A stretch of DNA of 64,000 nt, taken from NCBI GenBank assembly GCA_964418245.1, contig CAYQKW010000003.1, positions 2,977 through 66,976 of the forward strand, read 5' to 3'. The first letter of the stretch is position 1. Each line of letters opens with the position of its first letter. Below are positions 53,099 to 61,946 of the stretch, piece by piece. A program made the translations under genes and the position numbers. Below the pieces are notes generated by a model, which was given only the letters and a program-made list of their open reading frames with translations, did not search any database and had not been told where the DNA came from. The DNA comes from an uncultured Oscillospiraceae bacterium (lineage in GTDB: Bacteria; Bacillota; Clostridia; RUG12999).

Positions 53099-53998
53099 TT
53101 AGAACAGCGAAGTATCGGAACATTTCTTTGAAACATAATTTGCAGCGCATATAAATATCATTGAAATAACCGAAGTAAACAGCCCGACCGCCGTTGTGTA
53201 GCTGTAGTTACCGTATTCAATACCCTCTCTGTAGGTATATGTTCCGAATATATCCGCAACCGAAAAGGTTGTCGGACTGTATAAGAGCAGAGCTTTTTGA
53301 TAATCACTGTTTAAAACCTGACCCACACTCATTATAAATGTTATGCATATTGTGGGAATCATTGCCGGAAGCGTAACGTGGAGCAGTTTTTTGAAACGCC
53401 CGGCTCCGTCAATCGTCGCCGCCTCGTAGAGCGTAACATCAACACCGGAAAGTGCCGCAAGATATATAATCGTTCCCCAGCCTATTCCCTGCCACATACT
53501 CGACCCCACAAAAATAGTTCTGTACCATTCCGGCAGAGCGAGAAAATTGATTTTCCCAAGTCCGAAAGACTCAATCATTCCGTTGACTATTCCGTCAAGC
53601 GAAAGAAACTGTTTTAAAATCCCCACAACTATAACTGTTGATATAAAATACGGAAGATATGTAACCGTTTGAATTACTTTTTTAAAGCGTTGATTTTTAA
53701 TTTCATTAAGCATAAGTGCCAAAACTATGGTTGCCGGAAAATTAATTATAAGTGCATAAAAACCAAGCAGAAATGTGTTTTTAAACAATCTGTAAAAAAA
53801 CGGCCCCGTGAAAAATTTTACAAACCACTTCAGCCCCACCCAATTTGCGGCCCAAATTGAACCGAATTTATAATTTTTAAATGCAATTACAACCCCGAAC
53901 ATCGGGAAGATGTTGAAAAGAAGCAAAATAATAAATGCGGGCAAAAGCATCAGTGTCAAACATTTATGCTTTGCTATGTTCTTAAAAAATGATTTCAT
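53099..53998 (-). CDS. carbohydrate ABC transporter permease (LplB-like)
   Basis: LFNIFPMFGVVIAFKNY and EAATIDGAGRFKKLLHVTLP. GGAGG RBS 7 nt upstream. Confidence 0.85.
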   Translation of the reverse strand: MKSFFKNIAKHKCLTLMLLPAFIILLLFNIFPMFGVVIAFKNYKFGSIWAANWVGLKWFVKFFTGPFFYRLFKNTFLLGFYALIINFPATIVLALMLNEIKNQRFKKVIQTVTYLPYFISTVIVVGILKQFLSLDGIVNGMIESFGLGKINFLALPEWYRTIFVGSSMWQGIGWGTIIYLAALSGVDVTLYEAATIDGAGRFKKLLHVTLPAMIPTICITFIMSVGQVLNSDYQKALLLYSPTTFSVADIFGTYTYREGIEYGNYSYTTAVGLFTSVISMIFICAANYVSKKCSDTSLF

Positions 53999-54045
53999 GA
54001 TTTACCTCCGTAAAATAATAGATGTTGAATAAACTTCACAAATTC

Positions 54046-54075
54046 ATCATACCATACGGCAGGCTTATTTGTCAA
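54046..54075 (-). promoter_or_regulatory. sigma-A promoter of the locus B transporter/surface-protein operon
   Basis: Minus strand: TTGACA (54075-54070), 18-nt spacer, TATGAT (54051-54046), with extended -10 TG (TGGTATGAT). Same position relative to regulator, terminator and permease as in locus A. Confidence 0.5.
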
Positions 54076-54162
54076 TCATTAAATTTTAAGATACTGTGCA
54101 ATATCTAATATATATAATATTTTCTCTGTTTTTCCGCATTTTTTCAGTAAATATATATGATT

Positions 54163-54194
54163 AAAGAAAGCGGAACGACAAAGTGTCGTTCCGC
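54163..54194 (-). terminator. Rho-independent terminator after the locus B regulator gene
   Basis: Minus strand: GCGGAACGAC-ACTTT-GTCGTTCCGC (10-bp stem) followed by TTTCTTT. Confidence 0.65.
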
Positions 54195-54247
54195 AGAATA
54201 CACACCGGCATATGATTGTGCCGCACCGAATGATATGCCCCCCCGAT

Positions 54248-56359
54248 TTAATCAAACTTTTGTTTGAACTGGCTTGGTGTTTCGCCCGTATATTTTTTGA
54301 AGTTTCGGTTGAACGTATTCACCGAATCGAAACCAACCATTTGAGCAACATCTGAAATCTTTATATTTTTTTTGCCTTTCAAAATTTCCTTTGCTTTTTC
54401 GATTTTTGCATTGCTTATATAAGTTGAAATATTAAGTCCGCTCATCTTTTTAAAATACGAAGAAAGATATTCGGGAGTAATTTTCAGGCTGTAGGCAATT
54501 GAATTAACCGTCAGACATTTATCCGTATTTGAATTTACATATTCCAGAATTGCCTCATACATACTGTTTCTTGAAGTATTTTTAAAGCATCGCGCAACTT
54601 TCAGGTAGCAACCGCTGACATATTTGTGGATATTTTCGACACTTATATTTTCATCGTCGATTTTATAGTCCATTTCAATATTATTTGTATCGGTAACTTC
54701 CCTTAAAATACTCATGAGATGCGAATATACGCGTTTGAAATTCTCATAGCTCATTGCCTCGAATTTTCCGAAAAGATATTGTTCGAAAAATTCGGTAATC
54801 TTTTCTTCATCGCCTTTCAGGACAGAATTGATTACTTCGTGTTCTTTTTCCCACGGAATTGAAAATTTGGCTTTAAACTCCAGATTTTTATATTCCAAAA
54901 CACTGTTGTTCAAAAGTTCCGGAACAGGGCATTTGTATAAAACCTGCGAACTTTCGGTATATGCTATGTTAAGCATACTTATATCGCCGTACACTTCGCT
55001 TATTCCCATAATCAATTCTTTTTCCGCATTAAACTTCTTTACCATACGCAAAAGGAACTCTGCCAATTTTGCTCTGTTTTCGCAACATACAACATACTTT
55101 TTGCTTTTGGTATCTGTAAATATTTTCTCGATATAATAATTTTCGGAAATTATCTCTTCAAATATCTCAAGCGAACCGAAACCGCTGCTCATAAGAACAT
55201 ACAAAGCAACATATTCGGGAAATTTTTGAGAAAGCTTATCAAGCATTTTGGTATCAATCCCCTGTTTTTCTCCGTGCATAAGCTTGAGCAATGCCTGACC
55301 CTCGTAAAGCCTTTCGTTGCGTTCTATCACATCTTGCATGGCACTGTTGTTTTTCTTTAAATGTTCAAATGCCGACTGAATCACATTAATTTCATTTTTC
55401 CCGTTTTCGTAAGAATTGAAATTCAACGCCATTTTTCTGATAGGGATATACGTTATATACTGTATGGCAACAGCAAAAAAATTTATGAAAAGGAAAAGAA
55501 TTACACTCAACCACGTATATGTGTTTACGTAATTTGCTATTTTTTCATATTGGTTGTTATTGCAGATATATGTAAATGTGAGCGGTTTTCCGTAAAATTC
55601 ACAATTTGACGTTACAATTCCATATTTTTTGCCGTCGGTATTTTTATAAATATCCTCGCCATTTTGAAAAATCTTTTTATAATCAAGCGAATTTGGCAGG
55701 TTTTTTGAAGAAGCGATAAGTTCTTCATCGAAAAATATTGCAAATCCGCCGTCATCCTCTTTATCGGACGCTTCAAGAAACGATATAAACGTATCTTTTG
55801 AAGCGGTAAAGTAAAAGCTCATATCCGACGCCGTATTGTTCACATAAAGAATCGAGTCGGCAAAAGGATAAAATCCCGTTTCAAGCTTTTCAAGCTCAAT
55901 TATTTCAGAAGATGAAAAATACGAAGAATTTCCGGAAGAAACATTGAAATACTCGCTGTCAACATTTCCGTTTTCGTTTATCACAATTCCGTTATTTTTC
56001 AAATATATATTCATGCTTGTGCCATAATCGAAAGATGTTGCGATAAAAGACAACTGATTCTTCAGACTGCGTATATTTTCAATCTGTGCCGTAGAATTTT
56101 TCGGGAATCTTTTTACATTTGTTACCTCTGCCGTATTAAGCGTAATCGTTCCCAGATTTTTTATTCTGTCAACTTCGACAAAAAATCTGTTTTGAAATTC
56201 CGTAAGCAATGTTTTGTAATTGTATGACGTTCGTTTATTGAGTTCATACTTTATATAAAAATTGTTAAACACCAAAAAAATAATAATACAAACAGAAACA
56301 ACCGCATTTATTATTATGATTTTATTGACTATACTCTTGTCCTTCAAAAACTTAAACAT
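54248..56359 (-). CDS. membrane-spanning AraC-family one-component regulator, paralog of 28154-30343
   Basis: TM segments IIIINAVVSVCIIIFLVFNNFYI (aa ~13-36) and YTWLSVILFLFINFFAVAIQYITYI (aa ~271-295). C-terminal AraC HTH (LTVNSIAYSLKITPEYLSSYFKK...DVAQMVGFDSVNTFNRNFKKYTGETPSQFK). Confidence 0.75.
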   Translation of the reverse strand: MFKFLKDKSIVNKIIIINAVVSVCIIIFLVFNNFYIKYELNKRTSYNYKTLLTEFQNRFFVEVDRIKNLGTITLNTAEVTNVKRFPKNSTAQIENIRSLKNQLSFIATSFDYGTSMNIYLKNNGIVINENGNVDSEYFNVSSGNSSYFSSSEIIELEKLETGFYPFADSILYVNNTASDMSFYFTASKDTFISFLEASDKEDDGGFAIFFDEELIASSKNLPNSLDYKKIFQNGEDIYKNTDGKKYGIVTSNCEFYGKPLTFTYICNNNQYEKIANYVNTYTWLSVILFLFINFFAVAIQYITYIPIRKMALNFNSYENGKNEINVIQSAFEHLKKNNSAMQDVIERNERLYEGQALLKLMHGEKQGIDTKMLDKLSQKFPEYVALYVLMSSGFGSLEIFEEIISENYYIEKIFTDTKSKKYVVCCENRAKLAEFLLRMVKKFNAEKELIMGISEVYGDISMLNIAYTESSQVLYKCPVPELLNNSVLEYKNLEFKAKFSIPWEKEHEVINSVLKGDEEKITEFFEQYLFGKFEAMSYENFKRVYSHLMSILREVTDTNNIEMDYKIDDENISVENIHKYVSGCYLKVARCFKNTSRNSMYEAILEYVNSNTDKCLTVNSIAYSLKITPEYLSSYFKKMSGLNISTYISNAKIEKAKEILKGKKNIKISDVAQMVGFDSVNTFNRNFKKYTGETPSQFKQKFD

Positions 56360-56452
56360 ATTACCACTCTTTTATTTTCTATTTTCCGCCAAAGACGACC
56401 ACCGGTCAATCGGTATGCGGTACAATGAATTGATTACAACACAATTAACCTA

Positions 56453-56482
56453 ATTATACCATAGAACAGTGTTCAAAGTCAA
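56453..56482 (-). promoter_or_regulatory. sigma-A promoter of the locus B regulator gene
   Basis: Minus strand: TTGACT (56482-56477), 18-nt spacer, TATAAT (56458-56453), with TG extension (TGGTATAAT). About 90-nt leader. Confidence 0.45.
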
Positions 56483-56596
56483 TGGTTATTTTTTAACATA
56501 TTAGTCTAAATCTAATATTTTTCACTGTCTTTTTTATGATATTTTGGTTAAATTGCCATATTTTTTAAGAATGTACCGTTTACCGCAATATAAAAC

Positions 56597-56631
56597 AAAA
56601 AACTCTTTCGTTATTTTTTTGAAAGAGTTTT
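56597..56631 (-). terminator. Rho-independent terminator of trkA-trkH
   Basis: Minus strand: AAAACTCTTTC-AAAAAAATAAC-GAAAGAGTTTT followed by TTGTTTTAT. Begins 7 nt after the trkH stop. Confidence 0.7.
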
Positions 56632-56637
56632 GTTTGT

Positions 56638-58074
56638 TTATCTTTTCCATGTATACGGCGAGAACAATACCAATATCGGGAATATTTCCAATCTGCCGAT
56701 TAGCATATCTATAATAAATATCACTTTCGACAATGTTGAAAAACCATCGAAATTGCATACGGGTCCCACCGCTTCAAGCCCCGGACCCACATTATTCATT
56801 GTGGTTGCCACAGCGGTGAAATTTGTTGCAAAACTGAAATTATCTATGCTTACAATAAGCATGGATATTATAAAAATCACGGCATATGAAACAATATATA
56901 CATTCACCGAACGAATAACATCGTGTTCGATAAGTCTGCTGTCCATTGCAATTTTATGCGTGGTTTTGGGGTGTGCCATAATTTTAAGTTCTTTAACAAC
57001 GCTTTTAAGTGCTATGATTATTCTTGATACTTTCATACCGCCGCCGGTACTTCCGGCACAGGCACCGATAAACATAATCAAAATTAGTATTGATTTTGAG
57101 AACGACGGCCATTTATCGAAGTCAACCGTTGCAAAGCCCGTTGTGGTTATAACCGATGCAACTTGGAACACACTGTGTTTCAATGCTTCGGCTGTACTTC
57201 CGAACATTCCTCTTATGTTAAAACATATAATCAAGGACGAGCAAAGTATGATACCGATATACGCTTTAAGTTCTTCGGAATGCAGTGCTTCTTTGAAACG
57301 CCTTGCGATAATTAAATAATATACCGTGAAATTAACGCCGAAAAGTACCATAAAAACAGTAAGCACAATCTGCACGTAAGACGAATAATCCGCCGCGCTT
57401 GAATTAAGTACCGAAAATCCGCCTGTTCCGGCCGTTGAGAACGAAAGCGTTATCGCTTCAAACACGCTCACTCCTCCGCAAACAAGAAAAATCATTTCAA
57501 TCACAGTCATCACGGCATATATTTCGTATAACAGCTTTGCCGATGTTTTCACCCTCGGCACAAGCTTTGTTACTGACGGTCCGGGTGATTCGGCTTTCAT
57601 GAGATACAAATTATTGCCCCCGGAAATCGGCATGACCGACATGAGAAAGACAAGAACTCCCATGCCGCCTATCCAATGTGTAAAACTGCGCCAAAAAAGC
57701 ATACATTTCGGCAATGATTCAATATCGCCCAAAATTGTTGCGCCGGTTGTTGTGAATCCGGACACCGTTTCAAACAATGCGTTCACAAAGCTTGGAATCG
57801 AATTTGAAATAACAAACGGCAATGCCGCAAAAATACTCATTACAATCCAGCTGAACGCAACAATAACAAACCCCTCTTTTGAATATATTGTCTTGTTTTT
57901 GGGGCGTTTCAGCGTTAAAGCAACTCCGCATACGGCACACAGAACCGCACATAGTATGAAACAAAACGCCTCTTGTTCTTTGAATATGACACCGCACAAA
58001 AACGGAAGAAGCATGAATGCCGCTTCAAAATTCAAAACCAACCCAAGTGTATATAAAACTATTCTGTAATTCAT
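56638..58074 (-). CDS. trkH: TrkH-family potassium uptake membrane protein
   Basis: 478 aa polytopic membrane protein with repeated selectivity-filter-like GFxTTG/TAGTGG motifs (VSGFTTTGATI, FSTAGTGGFS, ITTTGFAT, CAGSTGGGMKV). ATGA overlap with trkA. Confidence 0.85.
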   Translation of the reverse strand: MNYRIVLYTLGLVLNFEAAFMLLPFLCGVIFKEQEAFCFILCAVLCAVCGVALTLKRPKNKTIYSKEGFVIVAFSWIVMSIFAALPFVISNSIPSFVNALFETVSGFTTTGATILGDIESLPKCMLFWRSFTHWIGGMGVLVFLMSVMPISGGNNLYLMKAESPGPSVTKLVPRVKTSAKLLYEIYAVMTVIEMIFLVCGGVSVFEAITLSFSTAGTGGFSVLNSSAADYSSYVQIVLTVFMVLFGVNFTVYYLIIARRFKEALHSEELKAYIGIILCSSLIICFNIRGMFGSTAEALKHSVFQVASVITTTGFATVDFDKWPSFSKSILILIMFIGACAGSTGGGMKVSRIIIALKSVVKELKIMAHPKTTHKIAMDSRLIEHDVIRSVNVYIVSYAVIFIISMLIVSIDNFSFATNFTAVATTMNNVGPGLEAVGPVCNFDGFSTLSKVIFIIDMLIGRLEIFPILVLFSPYTWKR

Positions 58075-59444
58075 ATGCCTTTCCTCTGTTCCAAAATATC
58101 GCTTATATCTTTAAATCCGCTTTTTGTGGTTACCACTATAACCGTATCGTCGGGCATGATTATGTCTTTGCCCTTTGGTGTGATAATTTTACCGTTTCTG
58201 TTTATACAGGCAATAAGCGTATTGTCTTTTATCGGCAGTTTTTCAAGTGTTATATTTGAAATCGGCGAATTTTCTTTTATACGAAATTCCAGTGCCTCTG
58301 CTTTTCCGTCAAGAATAACATGCATTGTTTCTATATTGCTTCCGATTGAATTTTTCATCGCACGCACGAATTTTACAATATGTTCGGCAGTGATATTTTT
58401 CGGATATACAATTGTATCGAGCGGCAAATCGTCAATAACCTCATCATATGTTATGCGATTTATTTTCGTTACGACTTTGCCATGCGATTTTCTTTTTGCA
58501 TAAAGCGAAATAAGAATATTTTCTTCGTCTATATTTGTTAAAGCAACGAAAGATTCGGTATATTCAATACCCTCTTCCAAAAGCTTTTGGCTGTCTGTTC
58601 CGTCATCGTTTATAATTGTTGCTTTCGGCAGTAAAGTGCAAAGTTTTTCGCAGGTTTCGGGGTTTTGTTCTATAATCTTCACGTCAATACCCGATTTCAG
58701 CAGGTTTTTCGCAAGATAAAATGCGGTTGCTCCGCCGCCCACAATCATTGTATTTTTAACTTTATGAGTTTTTATACCTATCTTTTTGAAAAACTCCGCC
58801 GTATCTTGCTGTGACCCGACAATACTTATTATATCGCCGGATTTAAGCACAAAATTACCGCCCGGAATAAACGCGCTGTCGCCGCGTTCCACTCCGCATA
58901 TAAGCACATTACATTTAAGCTTTGAGCTTATTTCGGATATTTCGGTATTATCAAGCACGGAATCCGACGTTATGCGGAATTTTAATATTTCAACTCTGCC
59001 TTTTGCAAACGTATCTATTTGTATTGCCGACGGAAATTTCAATACACGTGCGATTTCGTGAGCCGCCGCGTGTTCCGGATTGATTATCATTGCAAGCCCG
59101 AGGTCATCTTTAACAAGATTGATTTCCTTGCTGTATTCGGGTTTTCTTACTCTGGCGATTGTACGGCAATTACCCGCCTTTTGGGCAATAAGACACGTAA
59201 GCAGATTTATTTCGTCCGAACCGGTTACCGCAATAAGTATATCCGCTTCTTTTACCCCCGCCTCAATCAACGTATCAAGGCTTGTACCGCTGCCCACAAC
59301 GCCCATAACATCGTTTTGGTTTATTATATCCTGCACCACGCGGTATCTCAAATCCACAACCGTTATATTTTGTTCATCTTCCATATTCAGCTGTTCGGCA
59401 AGCTTTTGTCCGACTTTTCCGCAGCCAACAATTATAATATTCAT
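58071..59444 (-). CDS. trkA: Trk system potassium uptake protein TrkA (two tandem RCK/NAD-binding units)
   Basis: MNIIIVGCGKVGQKLA (GxGxxG) and a second MIVGGGATAFYLA Rossmann motif. 457 aa. Confidence 0.88.
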   Translation of the reverse strand: MNIIIVGCGKVGQKLAEQLNMEDEQNITVVDLRYRVVQDIINQNDVMGVVGSGTSLDTLIEAGVKEADILIAVTGSDEINLLTCLIAQKAGNCRTIARVRKPEYSKEINLVKDDLGLAMIINPEHAAAHEIARVLKFPSAIQIDTFAKGRVEILKFRITSDSVLDNTEISEISSKLKCNVLICGVERGDSAFIPGGNFVLKSGDIISIVGSQQDTAEFFKKIGIKTHKVKNTMIVGGGATAFYLAKNLLKSGIDVKIIEQNPETCEKLCTLLPKATIINDDGTDSQKLLEEGIEYTESFVALTNIDEENILISLYAKRKSHGKVVTKINRITYDEVIDDLPLDTIVYPKNITAEHIVKFVRAMKNSIGSNIETMHVILDGKAEALEFRIKENSPISNITLEKLPIKDNTLIACINRNGKIITPKGKDIIMPDDTVIVVTTKSGFKDISDILEQRKGI

Positions 59445-59479
59445 ATTTATCCCTTCAAATCATATTAATTTGCGGATTT

Positions 59480-59508
59480 ATTATATCACATTTATATTTA
59501 TATGTCAA
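59480..59508 (-). promoter_or_regulatory. sigma-A promoter of trkA-trkH
   Basis: Minus strand: TTGACA (59508-59503), 17-nt spacer, TATAAT (59485-59480), with TG extension (TGATATAAT). Only about 35 nt to the trkA ATG. Confidence 0.55.
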
Positions 59509-59681
59509 CAAATATTTACGAAATTTACGAAAAATATACACTTGAGTTGTTTTTCAAAGCAGCCGTGACATAAAAATTTAAAATTCGTCTGTCAAATCCG
59601 TCCGTTTACCGCGAAAACCAATCAAAGCCGAACATATTGTTAAACTCTGCACGGCAATTACCGATATTTATGCAAAAACTC

Positions 59682-59710
59682 TTGACTTTTATATCCGTTT
59701 GCGGTATAAT
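59682..59710 (+). promoter_or_regulatory. sigma-A promoter of the 59747 gene (and possibly nadK-argR-recN)
   Basis: TTGACT (59682-59687), 17-nt spacer, TATAAT (59705-59710). Confidence 0.5.
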
Positions 59711-59746
59711 TATAAGTACATAAAAATAAAAAAGCGAGGAATAAAA

Positions 59747-60586
59747 ATGAAAAAGAAAATCTTAACTTTAATATTATCTGCGGTACTTATGTCCGGTGCG
59801 GCAAATGCGGCGGAGGTTATTATCAATCACCCATACAAAGATAATGCTCCGCAGTTCAAATTCATAGGCGATGTAAGCTATGAAAACACTGTTAAAATCA
59901 AAGATATTTACTCCTATGACGAAACGGCATACATATGCAAATCGCCGATTACGGTTGAAGTTGTTGCGGACAATCTCTGTGAAATAGGTGCCTCACAGTT
60001 ATTTTTCAACGGTGAACGTATGAAATTTACCGATTTTGCAGACATAGAAGGTAATGATGATCTCGGTTCAAAATTTGAAATTACAAAACCCGGAATTTAC
60101 ACTGTTTCTTCCGGCGATACAGAGCTTACGCCACCGGTTTGGGCTTATTTGCTTATCAGCGGCGAAGTTCAGCCGACAGAATCCAAAGTTTACATCAACG
60201 GCAAAGAAACAGCTTTTGAAGCATATAACATCGGCGACAACAACTATTTCAAACTCCGTGACATTGCAATGGCGTTAAACGGTACCGAAAAGCAATATAA
60301 CGTAATTTGGGACGATGAAATCGAAGCCATAAACCTCATCAAAAACACACCGTATGAAAAAGTGGGCGGCGAACTTTCGGCAGCAAATGTAACATCCGCA
60401 GAAGCGGCGCCGAACATTTCCGATACGTTTCTTGACGGAACTCCATGCGGATTTATTTCTTACACAATAAACAACAATAATTATTATATGCTCCGGAATC
60501 TTGGCGAAACTTTCGATTTTTCCGTTGAATGGGACGAAGCGACAAACAGCATACACATTGATACGACCAAATCTTACACAAAATAA
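59747..60586 (+). CDS. secreted protein with two copper-amine-oxidase-N-terminal-like repeats; function unknown
   Basis: Start at ATG 59747 (MKKKILTLILSAVLMSGAANA signal peptide; GAGGA RBS). Repeats NNYFKLRDIAMALNGTEKQYNVIWDD and NNYYMLRNLGETFDFSVEWDE. Confidence 0.7.
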   Translation: MKKKILTLILSAVLMSGAANAAEVIINHPYKDNAPQFKFIGDVSYENTVKIKDIYSYDETAYICKSPITVEVVADNLCEIGASQLFFNGERMKFTDFADIEGNDDLGSKFEITKPGIYTVSSGDTELTPPVWAYLLISGEVQPTESKVYINGKETAFEAYNIGDNNYFKLRDIAMALNGTEKQYNVIWDDEIEAINLIKNTPYEKVGGELSAANVTSAEAAPNISDTFLDGTPCGFISYTINNNNYYMLRNLGETFDFSVEWDEATNSIHIDTTKSYTK

Positions 60587-60610
60587 TTCTGCATAAATAT
60601 ACGGTTGGTG

Positions 60611-61441
60611 ATGAATTTGAATATTTCGATACTGGCAAATTTAAAAAAAGATATTAACGGCGCGGTTCTTTGTGCCGTAACAGAGGAATTTAAAGGAAAA
60701 GCAGAACTGACGGTTTTCTATGATGCCGCGGAAAAATCGGCATATGACAATTGCGATGCGGTTGTTGTGCTGGGCGGTGACGGAACAATTATACGTGCCG
60801 CAAAAAACGCCGCACCGCTCGGGATTCCGGTCTGCGGAGTAAATCTCGGTAAGATTGGTTTTCTTGCGGCGGCCGAAATGACAGACATAAGAAAACTTGC
60901 CGAACGCATTATTTCCGGTATATATAAAATTGAAAAACGCATGATGCTTGAAGTTAGTCTTTGTACAGCAAGAGGCAGTCAAAGCCTTGGATTTGTTTTA
61001 AACGATGCCGCAATAGGGCGTGGGTCGTATACAAAAATGATAAAGTTGAATTTCACGGCAAACAACGATTTTTTAGACAGCTATATGGCAGACGGTGCGG
61101 TTATAAGCACACCGACAGGGTCAACCGCATATTCTTTATCCGCCGGTGGTCCGGTCGCCGAACCGACAATGGATTTGTTCATTCTTACGCCCATATGCGC
61201 ATACGACTTGCAGACACGAAGCATGGTGCTTCCGCCCGATGTATCACTCGGAATCGAAATATCGGGGAAACAGGGGGCATCGGCAATGTTATCGCTTGAC
61301 GGTCACGAGGACATACCCATTGTTCCGGGCGATAAGATAATAATAAAAAAATCGGATTATTATGCGCAGTTTATAAGTCTCGGAGACAGAAGTTTTTACA
61401 GCGTACTGCGTAAAAAACTCGGCAGAAAGCAGGGAAATTGA
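60611..61441 (+). CDS. nadK: NAD kinase
   Basis: GGDGT motif (VVVLGGDGTIIRAA), NDAAI, and TPTGSTAYSLSAGGP. ATG 60611 preferred over the TTG at 60605. Confidence 0.9.
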   Translation: MNLNISILANLKKDINGAVLCAVTEEFKGKAELTVFYDAAEKSAYDNCDAVVVLGGDGTIIRAAKNAAPLGIPVCGVNLGKIGFLAAAEMTDIRKLAERIISGIYKIEKRMMLEVSLCTARGSQSLGFVLNDAAIGRGSYTKMIKLNFTANNDFLDSYMADGAVISTPTGSTAYSLSAGGPVAEPTMDLFILTPICAYDLQTRSMVLPPDVSLGIEISGKQGASAMLSLDGHEDIPIVPGDKIIIKKSDYYAQFISLGDRSFYSVLRKKLGRKQGN

Positions 61442-61442
61442 C

Positions 61443-61901
61443 ATGAATAAATATGAAAGACATTCTCAGATACTTCAAATAATCAAAGAAAACGTAATAC
61501 AAACACAAGAAGAACTTGCAAAAAAACTCAACGAAAACGGCATTTACGCCACACAGGCAACAATTTCGCGGGATATACGCGAATTGCGTCTTATAAAGGT
61601 TTCGGATGGCGGAGATATATATAAATATGCAACCGCCTCGGGCGAATCTTCTTTCAATCTTGAAAGCCGTTTAAAAACCGTGTTTTCGGAATCGGTAATA
61701 AACGTAAACACAGCCAAAAACATTATAGTTATAAACACACTTGCAGGTATGGCGCAGGCGGCGGCAAGTGCGGTTGATTCCATCGGATATGCCGAAATTC
61801 TGGGGTCAATTGCCGGCGATGATACAATTATTATTATTGTAAATGATGACAGGAACGCCGCAAAAATATGTTCAAAACTGAAAATGATGATTAAGTCTTA
61901 A
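61443..61901 (+). CDS. argR: arginine repressor ArgR/AhrC
   Basis: Winged-helix motif ATQATISRDIRELRLIK and C-terminal oligomerisation motif GSIAGDDTIIIIV. Conserved nadK-argR-recN order of Firmicutes. Confidence 0.9.
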   Translation: MNKYERHSQILQIIKENVIQTQEELAKKLNENGIYATQATISRDIRELRLIKVSDGGDIYKYATASGESSFNLESRLKTVFSESVINVNTAKNIIVINTLAGMAQAAASAVDSIGYAEILGSIAGDDTIIIIVNDDRNAAKICSKLKMMIKS

Positions 61902-61946
61902 TCCGGGTTTTATACCGAAAAATGTTGAGTGAAAGGAGGGGTTTTT

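Noticed and set aside
7956-56359. Cellulosome-type dockerin/cohesin modules, LPXTG sortase signals, diversity-generating retroelement targets or CRISPR/defence genes within the two large loci.
   Set aside because: I saw no duplicated Ca-binding dockerin segments, no LPXTG plus hydrophobic tail, and no reverse transcriptase or template/variable DNA repeat pair. No spacer-repeat arrays or nuclease/ATPase defence signatures were seen either. Internal repeats diverge at protein level like ordinary domain duplications.
56630-57319. Long + strand ORFs inside minus-strand genes: 56630-57319 (229 aa), 44158-44946 (262 aa), 18711-19328 (205 aa), 15507-16052 (181 aa), 3659-4198 (179 aa), plus many 60-170-aa ORFs.
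   Set aside because: They are antisense shadows of genes with strong family motifs. Their translations are low-complexity (Ser/Phe/Ile/Cys-rich), they lack RBS and recognisable motifs, and none occupies an otherwise empty gap.
59445-59700. c-di-AMP (ydaO/kimA) or other riboswitch upstream of trkA-trkH.
   Set aside because: A near-consensus promoter lies only about 35 nt from the ATG. The remaining upstream DNA shows no multi-helix conserved structure that I can recognise. A covariance-model scan would be decisive.
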